Origin: Candidatus Marinacidobacterales bacterium
GTDB taxonomy: Bacteria; Acidobacteriota; Vicinamibacteria; Marinacidobacterales; DATDRI01
Direction of reading: 5' to 3'
DNA: 64,000 bases
Assembly: GCA_965226495.1 (NCBI GenBank)
Contig: OZ245365.1
Coordinates: 3,424,001 to 3,488,000 of the forward strand
The position numbers were made by a program, and so were the translations under genes. Below the pieces are notes generated by a model. It was not told the DNA's origin and ran no database searches. It saw only the letters and a program-made list of their open reading frames with translations. Shown one piece after another: positions 48,772 to 57,500 of this stretch. Each line of letters opens with the position of its first letter. Position 1 is the stretch's first letter.

Positions 48772-50082
48772 AAGAGCGAAGCGAGGGCGTCTTCTAAGTT
48801 GGGCTCGCCGATCTCCTGAAGCTCGTAGCGAACCCGGAGAGCGGGTTTATTCAGTTTGACGAGATGCCGCAGGTCCACGGGGGTCGCAAAGAGGACGAGC
48901 TCCGCCTCCGAGCCGTTGATGGTCGCCTCCAGGTCCTGGATCTGTTTCGCTCCGTAGCCCATCGCCGGCACCGCCTCGCTCAGATGGGGGTATTTTTGGA
49001 AGGTCTCGCGAAGTGAACCAACGGCGTGCGGGCGAGGATCCACCAACTCCGAAGCACCCAAGCGACGGGCGGCTAGGGTCGCAGCCCCGAACGCCATTTC
49101 GCCATGTGTGATGGTGGGCCCATCCTCAATCACTAGCACTTTCCTTCCTCGAATCATCTCTTCGTCATCGACAAAGAGCGGTGACGACGCCTCGATCACC
49201 ATCGCCGTCGGATTGCTCGCGGCGATATTGCTTCTCAGTATCTGAATCCCCTCTTTGTCGGCGGAGTCCATCTTGTTGATAACTATAACCTGAGCCCTGA
49301 TTAAATTGGCCTCCCTAGGATGATACCTCAGCTCGTGCACCGCACGATGAGGGTCGGCGACGACGATCTCGACCGTGGGCCTGTAAAAGGGCAGGTCGTT
49401 GTTGCCCCCATCCCAAAGTAGAACGTCACACTCGGCCTCGGCTTGCCTCAAGATCTCCTCGTAGTCGACCCCCGCATATACAACAACGCCTTCGGCCAAA
49501 TGAGGCTCGTATTCCTCCCTCTCCTCGATCGTGCAGTCGTGGCGGTCCAGATCTTCGAACGAGGAGAATCTCTGCACGCGTTGTTTGACCAGGTCACCGT
49601 ACGGCATCGGGTGCCGCACCACGACCACCCGCCGTCCCTTCTCCGCGAGAATGGACCGCACTCTTCTGGTGGTCTGACTCTTGCCGGCGCCGGTGCGAAC
49701 TGCGCAGATCGAGACCACCGGCACCTTCGCGTCGAGCATCGTGCTCCGGGGCCCCCAAGAGCTTGAAATCCGCTTCCGCCGCGATGGTCGCCGAGGCTCG
49801 GTGCATGACGTAGTCGTGACTCACATCGCTGTAGGCAAACGCTACCTACTCGATGTTCAAACTAGCAATGAGCACGGTAAGCTCGTCTTCGGAGTGAATC
49901 GGAATTCCTTGCGGGTAGAGAGATCCCGCTAGCTCGAGGGGATAGCGACGGCCTTCGATATTCGGAATCTGGGTGGCCGTAAACGCGACGACCTCATATC
50001 GCGCGTCGTTCCGATAACATACGTTGAAATTATGGAAATCGCGCCCGGCAGCCCCCATAATGAGCACCCGGGTCTTTTCCAT
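48768..50082 (-). pseudogene. COG2403 'GTPase' (cyclic-2,3-diphosphoglycerate-synthetase-like / arginine-synthetase-like), disrupted
   Basis: IMGAAGRDFHNFN, AVRTGAGKS, RHPMPYG, TIEEREEYE, WDGGNND and EDGPT motifs; in-frame TAG at 49846-49848 and one extra G near 49752. Confidence 0.85.
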
Positions 50083-50245
50083 TTCGCTCCCCCTCCGCCC
50101 ACTTTTTCATTCCCGTCAGCCGTGGCGAGATCCAAGACAGCGAACACAGTATCACGATGGCTTTAAAATCTTAGATCGATATTCCCGGCGAGATTTAGGA
50201 CGGCCGTTTCTTCTCGTCAAGGCCAGGGCCATGGTCAGTGTTCTT

Positions 50246-50280
50246 CGATTACCAGGCGATTACCAGGCGATTACCAGGCG
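50246..50280. repeat. 11-bp tandem repeat x3
   Basis: CGATTACCAGG three times. Confidence 0.85.
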
Positions 50281-50307
50281 GAGGCCCCGTCGCAAAGGGG
50301 CAGAACG

Positions 50308-51246
50308 TCAGGCGGCCCGAGAAAGAATGGGAAGCAGCCCGTCGGCGAGCGAGAACTCGAGCTCACGTAGCGGAACAGACGAGGCTAGATGGTGCACGAC
50401 CTCCAGCATATTTTGTGTTTCCTCGGCGAGGTAGTACGGGACGATGGCTCTCGAAAGCAGCTCGGCTGCCAACACCGAGGGGCGGCCCCCATGGACGCGG
50501 TGACGATCGCCCTTCTTCAAGAGGAATACCGCGGCGAGAGGATAGGAAGAAGAGGACACCACATCACCTTCCCCCGGCCAGGGCGTGCCGTAGGCCCGAA
50601 AAGACTCACCCTCCCGGCGCAGCGCGATGCGCTCGTCGCTCAGTAGCTCCAATCCTTCCGCCGCCAACAATCGAGAGAGCGTCGTCTTGCCATCCCCAGA
50701 GTGGCCGGCGAATACGAACGCTTTTCCATCGATGACCGCGCCGCTGGCGTGAAGAAGCAGACCGTTTGCACGAGCCAGGGGAGCCAGGAAAAGGAGCTGA
50801 TCCAACGGATGAGGCAGTTGAAAGTCAGAATGCCCGTCCGGCTCGCGGCTCCAGAGTTTGCCCCAGTTCGCTTCGTCGAAAACAAGCTCGTAATGCTGAA
50901 AACCCGGGCTCGCGGTGGCAAGAACCAGCTGGCCACGGTACGGATGGTAGCACTCGACGAGGGTGCGGCCTTCTGCCTTCCGAACCAGCCAGTTGAGGCC
51001 TGATTCGTACGCCACCGCGGCGCCGGTCGGGGGAATCGAGGCTAGGGAATCGGTGGCGATTGTGATCTCGGGGGAATCGCCGGTCTCGACAGATGCCTCG
51101 CCAGATACTTCGAAAGACGCGAACGGGCCCGGAAATTCAAGCGGTGCCTTCATGCCCGCCCCCACCGTGACGTCGGCCGTTATCCCGGCAATCGAGAAAC
51201 GACGGTGACCGCCGGGTGGAATCGATAGGTTAGACAGCTTGGGCAA
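50308..51246 (-). CDS. HPr-kinase-like P-loop protein (RiPP-associated kinase type)
   Basis: LLHASG...GKAFVFAGHSGDGKTTLS...LLSDE...YGTPW. Confidence 0.8.
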   Translation of the reverse strand: MPKLSNLSIPPGGHRRFSIAGITADVTVGAGMKAPLEFPGPFASFEVSGEASVETGDSPEITIATDSLASIPPTGAAVAYESGLNWLVRKAEGRTLVECYHPYRGQLVLATASPGFQHYELVFDEANWGKLWSREPDGHSDFQLPHPLDQLLFLAPLARANGLLLHASGAVIDGKAFVFAGHSGDGKTTLSRLLAAEGLELLSDERIALRREGESFRAYGTPWPGEGDVVSSSSYPLAAVFLLKKGDRHRVHGGRPSVLAAELLSRAIVPYYLAEETQNMLEVVHHLASSVPLRELEFSLADGLLPILSRAA

Positions 51247-51311
51247 TATATTGAGGGTTCTCAGCGTGACGCCGTTCCAGAGTGCGACGCTCCGTCGCCC
51301 TTTGAACGGAC

Positions 51312-51491
51312 CTAGCTACCAATATCGAAGCAGGAGCCAATGTTGCAGGCCCTAGGTACCGAGGCTCCGACCTTCATGTCACTGAGCGTCTTGCATCCAG
51401 CGGCTAGACTTTCCTCAGGATTGAGCTCGACGCGTCGAAGCTCGGGCTTAGCATAGGACTTTCGCTGGTTGCCGTCCTGGTTCTGGTTCAT
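51312..51491 (-). CDS. Putative RiPP precursor peptide, 59 aa (absent from the ORF track)
   Basis: Manual translation MNQNQDGNQRKSYAKPELRRVELNPEESLAAGCKTLSDMKVGASVPRACNIGSCFDIGS*. ATG overlaps the rSAM stop (TAATG), GGAGG RBS upstream, YxxPxL leader motif. Confidence 0.85.
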   Translation of the reverse strand: MNQNQDGNQRKSYAKPELRRVELNPEESLAAGCKTLSDMKVGASVPRACNIGSCFDIGS

Positions 51492-52651
51492 TACTTACAT
51501 CCTCCAGTCGACTGAAGCACCGGAAGCAAGACTTGCTCACTCCCGGCTGATTTCAAAGTTCGCGTGTACTGGTCGACCGCTCCATCCCAGTAGCCAAGCT
51601 TCTCGGCACGTCGGTGGCCGACCTCGCAGCTATATTCCACGCGCGCCGCCATGTCGCCCTTTTCCATCTCCGACCAGGCAGGGCACTTACCGCAGAGCGA
51701 GATCAAGTTGCACGAGTTGCATTGATGATCGGCGCTCCGCATCTGCCGGTAGATCGGAGGAAACATCTCGTCCCAGATCTGCTTGAAAGACCTCTCCTTC
51801 AAACTGAACTCTTTCTCGTTTCCGCGAAGCAGAATGCACATCGACATCTTTCCGTAAGGGTCGATGTGAAAGGTCTGACTGCCGGCTCCGCAGGAAAACA
51901 ACCGGCTGGAGCGGAACTCTTTACGATCCTCGAAGTAATCGCGATACTCTTCCGCCCGGGCAGGAATGGAAAACTCGAGATCCACTGCTTCCTGCGGGCT
52001 GAGGCGAACGTTGCACGGTGTGAGCGAGCTGTCGAGATTCGGATTAATTTGGGTGTCCCACTTGAAGCGGACTCCCCGACTCTCAGCGAACTGGAACATG
52101 TCCATGAACTCGTGCTGGTTGGTCTTCAACACGATCGTCTTCAGCTGCAACGGCAGGTCGCGTTCCAGGAGGAGATCCGCACCACGATAGCATTTGTCTC
52201 TCGCACCCGGGATGCCTGTCACTTTGTCGTACGTCTCCTGGCTGTAGCCGTAGAGGGTTATTTCGATGTTGCTAGGAGGCATGTCCGCCAGTCGATCGAC
52301 GATCTTCTCGGTGAGCATGGTGCCGTTGGTGAAGAGAGTCAGCAAGAAGCCCTTCCGGATCGCGTGCTCGTAGATCTCGAAGAAATCGGGACGTAGGAAG
52401 ATCTCTCCGCCGGTCATCAAAAGCCAGAGGGTTCCTGCATCGGCGATCTGATCGAGAACGTCCTTCATCTCCTCGGTGTTGAGGATCCCGGACGGCCACT
52501 CCCCGTCGCGATAGCAATGCAGGCACCTGAGATTGCAGCGCAGGTCGAGCTCGAGCGACCCCGTGATCGGAACGCGATTCTGGAGCCACTTGCCGACGAC
52601 GTCTTTTCCGAACTGGTCTAAAGGAAGGTTCGGAATCTGGGTGCATGCCAT
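51491..52651 (-). CDS. Radical SAM/SPASM-domain peptide maturase-type enzyme
   Basis: CNLRCLHC, TGGE, FTNG; C-terminal CGAG...C...CNSCNLISLCGKC...C SPASM cysteines; start MACTQ at 52651 with AAGGAG RBS. Confidence 0.92.
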   Translation of the reverse strand: MACTQIPNLPLDQFGKDVVGKWLQNRVPITGSLELDLRCNLRCLHCYRDGEWPSGILNTEEMKDVLDQIADAGTLWLLMTGGEIFLRPDFFEIYEHAIRKGFLLTLFTNGTMLTEKIVDRLADMPPSNIEITLYGYSQETYDKVTGIPGARDKCYRGADLLLERDLPLQLKTIVLKTNQHEFMDMFQFAESRGVRFKWDTQINPNLDSSLTPCNVRLSPQEAVDLEFSIPARAEEYRDYFEDRKEFRSSRLFSCGAGSQTFHIDPYGKMSMCILLRGNEKEFSLKERSFKQIWDEMFPPIYRQMRSADHQCNSCNLISLCGKCPAWSEMEKGDMAARVEYSCEVGHRRAEKLGYWDGAVDQYTRTLKSAGSEQVLLPVLQSTGGCK

Positions 52652-52701
52652 GTGACAGTCTCCTTTTTCGGTGGAGCAGAAATCAGCCCACGGGCCTAAA
52701 G

Positions 52702-52717
52702 AGCAATCTCCGTGCCA
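52702..52717 (-). promoter_or_regulatory. sigma-54 (-24/-12) promoter of the rSAM operon
   Basis: TGGCACGGAGATTGCT, exact TGGCACG-N4-TTGC consensus, ~50 nt upstream of the ATG. Confidence 0.8.
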
Positions 52718-52851
52718 CGAGCGCATCAAGAGGCTGGTCTCTAACTGGCTTTAAACCAGCCAATTAGAGACGCTTGATCGGCTGTGCTGCTAACCCGTGT
52801 AGAGAAATCCCCACATCCGGTGGCCGCAAGGCTCCAAAATTTGGGGTCGGG

Positions 52852-53979
52852 TCAATTAGCCGGTCGCTCGGCGAGGGCGGCCTTGGCACGCTCCACGAGC
52901 TCGGCGACGCGGGCCGCCGATGGGTCGTTCGGAGCCAGTTTCACGAACGCGTCATACTCTCGGAGGGAATCCTCGATACGCTCCAGGTTCTCGTACGCGA
53001 TGGCAAGGTTGAGCCTGACATTGGGTTGTTTGGGATCCAGCGCAGCCGCCTTTTCGAGTGGTGATACGGCGTCTTCGTAGCGCTGCTCGTGCACAAACGC
53101 GGCGCCGATTCCGGCGTGCGCCCGTGGATCACGGGGGTTATCCGTCGCGATCTGCTCAAAGACTTCGATGGCTTCGTCCGATCGGCTCGCCTCAATGAGC
53201 GCGGTACCCAATTCCAGCTTGGGTTCCTGGCTGGTGGGTGCCAATTCAGCCGCCCGTTCGAGCTCAACGATCGCCAAGTCCACCTCACCATTTCGGCGGT
53301 GGATGCGAGCCAAATCCACTCGCGCTCGCGCGTCGAAGGGTTTGTTCTCTACAAACCAACTCTGAAATTCGCCCGCTTCCGAAAGCTCGTCGGCATCCAC
53401 TAGGAGCTTGATCAAGGCCTTGCGCGTTAGCTCGTCATTGGGCTTGATGGCGATGGCTTCGCGAAGACTGGCCTGGGCCCCGGTGAGGTCGCCCAACTTC
53501 TGTTTACACAGACCCACGAAGAGGTGACCGGTATGATTGGACGGCGACGTATGGAGCAAGTCCTGGAAGTATTCCAGCGCTTCTTCGAAGTTGCCGGCAC
53601 GAAACGCAGCCTTGCCGTTGCGGGTCGCTTCCGCTGCCTCGCCAAACGCGTCGAGCTCGACTCCCGATTCGCCTGATTCGCCTGATTCGCTGGACACGAC
53701 CAGAGCGTCATCTATCAGAGCGTCGTCCAAAGCAACCGTGCCGCCACCAGCCTTCAGATCAGCAGAGGTCCCGCTGGCCAGCCACCGGAAACTCACTACC
53801 ATGACGCCGAGAACGCCGACCACAACGATCGCCAGCTTGACGGCGGCGGGAAGCCCCGCGACACCGCTCCGACTGGCCTTCCCTTTGCCGCCGGCGGCTC
53901 GCGGTAGCGGTTCACCACAACGAACGCAGTCTTCGTACTTCGGTCGATTCCTGACTCCGCAGACCCGACAGATTTTCAT
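52852..53979 (-). CDS. Zn-ribbon, TM and TPR protein
   Basis: CRVC..CVRC N-terminus, TM helix, many TPRs. Confidence 0.85.
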   Translation of the reverse strand: MKICRVCGVRNRPKYEDCVRCGEPLPRAAGGKGKASRSGVAGLPAAVKLAIVVVGVLGVMVVSFRWLASGTSADLKAGGGTVALDDALIDDALVVSSESGESGESGVELDAFGEAAEATRNGKAAFRAGNFEEALEYFQDLLHTSPSNHTGHLFVGLCKQKLGDLTGAQASLREAIAIKPNDELTRKALIKLLVDADELSEAGEFQSWFVENKPFDARARVDLARIHRRNGEVDLAIVELERAAELAPTSQEPKLELGTALIEASRSDEAIEVFEQIATDNPRDPRAHAGIGAAFVHEQRYEDAVSPLEKAAALDPKQPNVRLNLAIAYENLERIEDSLREYDAFVKLAPNDPSAARVAELVERAKAALAERPAN

Positions 53980-55112
53980 TTATTGATACGAAGGCCCCAA
54001 TGGGTCGTCCTTGGTTCGAAAAGCAAGCCCGGAGCTGATGTTCCGAGGATTGACGTTGGAGGAGAACGTTTTGCGGATGAAGTTCCCATCCGCGACGGTG
54101 GCGCCTTTTGTGGACCCCTGGAGGTCCGGAGTTAGCGAGCGCGCCCCAACGCTGATCTGGACTCCATTGATGATGTCGGCCGAGGTGATCGCAACGCCGG
54201 CCGCGGGCTGCGGATCGCGGGGATCGTGCTCTTCGAAGCCAGCGGGAGTCGCCGCGGAAACGCCAGTGCGGTAAACCACTTGGAAATCCTCGAGATACGC
54301 CACGGGACTCGCCACAGCGCTGAAGTTTACTTCCCGCATCAAACGGTTCGGAGCAGGACCAGTGTCCACCATGGTGGGATCCGGCTCTGTGTAGTACCGA
54401 ACCACCGAGATCTGAGTCACAAACAACTCGGCGAGTCCGCCGCCAGTCCACGTGCCAGGCACAGCCCCCGCGCCCAGGTCTCGGGATTGATATTCTGCGA
54501 GGACCGAACCTCCCTCCACGCCGGCTGGCGGATCCGGCTCGACCGTGACATCCATCTGGCCGGCGCCATCCGTGAGCACGTCCATCACCCAACCCATCAT
54601 CCAGTACCCGTTGACGGGTAAATTGTCGTAGAGCACCACCAGATCCCCGATTTGGATATTGGACCAATTCGCCCGCCGTCTTGAAAGCAAAGCCCGTCAC
54701 GTCTCCACTGAAAGACGTCGGATCCACCTCGGTGGGCTCGTTCACCTGGGACGATCCCCCCAGAGAACCCATGATCACGATCTCATCTGGATCGGCGACG
54801 CCGCCGTCTCCTACGTTCACATCCATCGCCGTCGTGCTAAAAGAGGGAAACTCGGGTGGGAGGCCGGTCGCCCGCTTGAAGCGCGTCTTTCGCGACCGTA
54901 TCCAGAGCAGCCCGTGCGCTCTGCTGCATATCCGCTATCTCTGGCTCCCTCTGGAAAGTAGATTGCCCTTTACTCAGCAGGCCGAAGACCGCAGCCATGA
55001 CGATCAGCGTGATCATCATCGAGATCATCACCTCGATGAGTGTGAATCCGGATGCAGGAGACGCATCCGCGACCGCCCGGTCTAATCTCTTTGCTGGATG
55101 TAGTGTGTGCAT
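53980..55112 (-). pseudogene. PilW-like minor prepilin interrupted by two frameshifts
   Basis: GFTLIEVMIS prepilin site and MQQSARAALD..KD..QAG helix; the reading frame continues only after shifts near 54870 and 54660-54700. Confidence 0.7.
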
Positions 55113-55238
55113 GACCCTCACCCCTTCCGCAAATCCCGGCGTCCCCCGGAATGGCGTTCGATCGCCATTTCGGGAAGATACACCTGGCGGCGAGATTCAC
55201 GAAGACCGAGTGGGGCTCCGGTCTCCCTCGCCAATGAA

Positions 55239-55254
55239 TGCAATTGCAGAGCCA
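55239..55254 (-). promoter_or_regulatory. sigma-54 promoter of the pilW-like gene
   Basis: TGGC-TCTGCAA-TTGCA, with an AT-rich IHF-like tract upstream at ~55280-55320. Confidence 0.65.
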
Positions 55255-55455
55255 ACGCTCCGGTGTTTTCGAGGAACGAAATCTCAGCCATTAAGCCATT
55301 TAAAATAAGCGGTTTATAGCTATTCGCGTCCACCCCATAGGTTGCAAAGCTGGGAGGATCTGTGGCCACGATCCCCTCGGGGCGGGGGTAATTCCCCGCT
55401 CCGGAGCATAAAAGTCGACGTTTTTGTCCGTCCATCATCAGGGGCGTCAGGGGCA

Positions 55456-56850
55456 TCAATGGTCTCCGGCTAGCTCATATTCGCGCATCTTCGTCAGCAG
55501 GGTCCTACTACTGACTTGAAGCTTCTCCGCCGCCTTCGACCGATTGCCTTCCACGTCTTCCAGAATCCGCCTTATCTTCTCTTTCTCGGCCGCTGCTGCG
55601 GCCCGCCGACTCACCTCGGTCAAGGTACCAGAAAGATCCCAATCGCTCGGAGGGGCGGCCAGCTTCTCGCCCGGACCGAAGCCGAGGAGATCCGGTGTGA
55701 GCTCTCGACCGTCGCACAGGATCACCGCCCGTTCCAGACAATTAGCCAACTCACGCACGTTCCCCGGCCAGTCGTGCGAAAGGAGTCGTTCCTGTGTCGC
55801 TTCCGGAATATCCAGGGCCGGTTTCCCCAACTCGCGACAAAACCGTTCCACGTAATGCTGGGCGAGAAGAGGGATATCGCCACGACGACTTCGAAGCGGT
55901 GGAATGACGATCGGAAACACCGAGATCCGAAAGTAGAGGTCATCGCGAAAGAGCTTGTCCTCGACTGCTTTTTGCAGATCTCGGTTCGTGGCCGAGATGA
56001 TTCGCACGTCCACCGTGAGGGTGGCCGTACCTCCGACACGTTCGAACGAGCGCTCTTGAAGCACGCGAAGCAGCTTCGACTGAAGAGACAGCGGAAGCTC
56101 TCCGATTTCGTCGAGTAGCACCGTCCCGTGATTGGCCATTTCGAGCTTGCCGATCTTGCGGCCGTTGGCGCCGGTAAAGGCTCCCTTTTCGTGCCCAAAC
56201 AGCTCGTTCTCCAACAAGTGTTCGGGAATGGCGGCACAATTGATGGCGAGAAACGGTCCGTCGCGGCGAAGGCTCAGATGATGTAGGGCCCGAGCGAAAA
56301 GCTCCTTGCCGGTGCCGCTTTCGCCCAAGAGTAGGACCGACGTATTGGTCGGTGCGACGCGTTGGAGTGCGAGACTGACCTCCTTGAGCGCCGGCCCCTC
56401 CCCGACAATTCGCGGAAACCCGTAGCGGGACGCATACTCTTCTTTGAGAATGAGGTTCTCGATGAGCAGCCGACGCTGGTCGACGGCTCGCTCCATCAAG
56501 ACCAAGAGATGATCGGTATCCACCGGCTTCGAGAGGAACTCGAACGCACCCTCCTTCATAGCCGCAACCGCGTCTTCTATCGTGCCGTACGCGGTCATGA
56601 CGATGACGGGGAGATTGGTGTCCGCCTCGCGGGCCGCAAGCAGAACATCCATGCCGCTGCCCCTTGGCAACCGGAGATCGGTGAGCACGACCGAGACGCG
56701 GGAGGAACTGAGGCGCGCTCGTGCCTCGACGGCGTCGCTCGCTTCCTCAACACTGTAGCCCTTCGACTCGAGCGTGCGCCGCAGCATCGTACGGAGTGAA
56801 AGTCTGTCCTCGACCACGAGAACATCGGCCCCACGCGGCGAGCCGTCCAC
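55456..56850 (-). CDS. sigma-54-dependent response regulator (NtrC/PilR/AtoC family; start uncertain)
   Basis: VLVVED, TDLRLP, GESGTGKE, GAFTGA, LDEIGE, WPGNVREL; Fis-type HTH. Confidence 0.95.
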   Translation of the reverse strand: MDGSPRGADVLVVEDRLSLRTMLRRTLESKGYSVEEASDAVEARARLSSSRVSVVLTDLRLPRGSGMDVLLAAREADTNLPVIVMTAYGTIEDAVAAMKEGAFEFLSKPVDTDHLLVLMERAVDQRRLLIENLILKEEYASRYGFPRIVGEGPALKEVSLALQRVAPTNTSVLLLGESGTGKELFARALHHLSLRRDGPFLAINCAAIPEHLLENELFGHEKGAFTGANGRKIGKLEMANHGTVLLDEIGELPLSLQSKLLRVLQERSFERVGGTATLTVDVRIISATNRDLQKAVEDKLFRDDLYFRISVFPIVIPPLRSRRGDIPLLAQHYVERFCRELGKPALDIPEATQERLLSHDWPGNVRELANCLERAVILCDGRELTPDLLGFGPGEKLAAPPSDWDLSGTLTEVSRRAAAAAEKEKIRRILEDVEGNRSKAAEKLQVSSRTLLTKMREYELAGDH

Positions 56851-56921
56851 AGAAACCCGCTGGGCGCGGCTATCCGTACGTGCCCGCTCTGCCGAAGTGG
56901 TACTCACGGTCTCTGCCAGAG

Positions 56922-57458
56922 CTAGCGAACCCAGCCTGCTGGCACTCCTGCACGGCGTGCTTCGCCTTGGATTTGGGAGAACTCGGAGCGGGCGGCGGCT
57001 AGCTCGCTTTCGATCTCCTGTCTGCCAGAGAGGTTCCGTTGTCCCACCGGATTGACGTCGGTGCGCATGCCCCCGCCCCAATCGTTCTCCGGACTCTGCA
57101 GCTTCGACTCGAGATCCGCTATCTTTTTCTTCGACCCCGCAACTCGGTTCTGCCAGTACTCACGGGTCTTCGTTTCATCAGCCTCGGACTCGTCTTCGTC
57201 ACCCTCGCCGCCCGCGTCTTCCGCGACACTGCCCTCGGCGGGCGCAGACTCTGGGAGCGGCGACGACCGTCCCCTGCCCAAGTCTCGCTCGGAGATAACC
57301 TTAGTGCTTCCCTCAACCTCTGTCCGGCGTTTCTTCTCCTCCTTGGCTACTTCGGCCAAGGATTGCGCATAGGCCACTCCAGATAACACGCCAACAGACA
57401 GGGCCAGGGAAAAGAGCCACCGAAGCCAGTTATTGCCTATCTTTCTTGTTTCGTTCAT
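56922..57458 (-). CDS. Exported coiled-coil hypothetical protein ending ARRAGVPAGWVR
   Basis: Signal peptide (AYA|QSLAEVA); GGAGG RBS. Confidence 0.75.
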   Translation of the reverse strand: MNETRKIGNNWLRWLFSLALSVGVLSGVAYAQSLAEVAKEEKKRRTEVEGSTKVISERDLGRGRSSPLPESAPAEGSVAEDAGGEGDEDESEADETKTREYWQNRVAGSKKKIADLESKLQSPENDWGGGMRTDVNPVGQRNLSGRQEIESELAAARSEFSQIQGEARRAGVPAGWVR

Positions 57459-57500
57459 TGGATTCCTCCCCTGTGCGATCCTGTGTACTCCCCAATAAAT

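Noticed and set aside
49846-49848. TAG read as pyrrolysine or programmed readthrough
   Set aside because: The same gene also has a frameshift and other degeneration; no pyl genes in the window.
51312-51491. Lasso peptide call for the precursor
   Set aside because: No asparagine-synthetase-like cyclase or B2 peptidase nearby; the Cys-rich core fits an rSAM substrate better.
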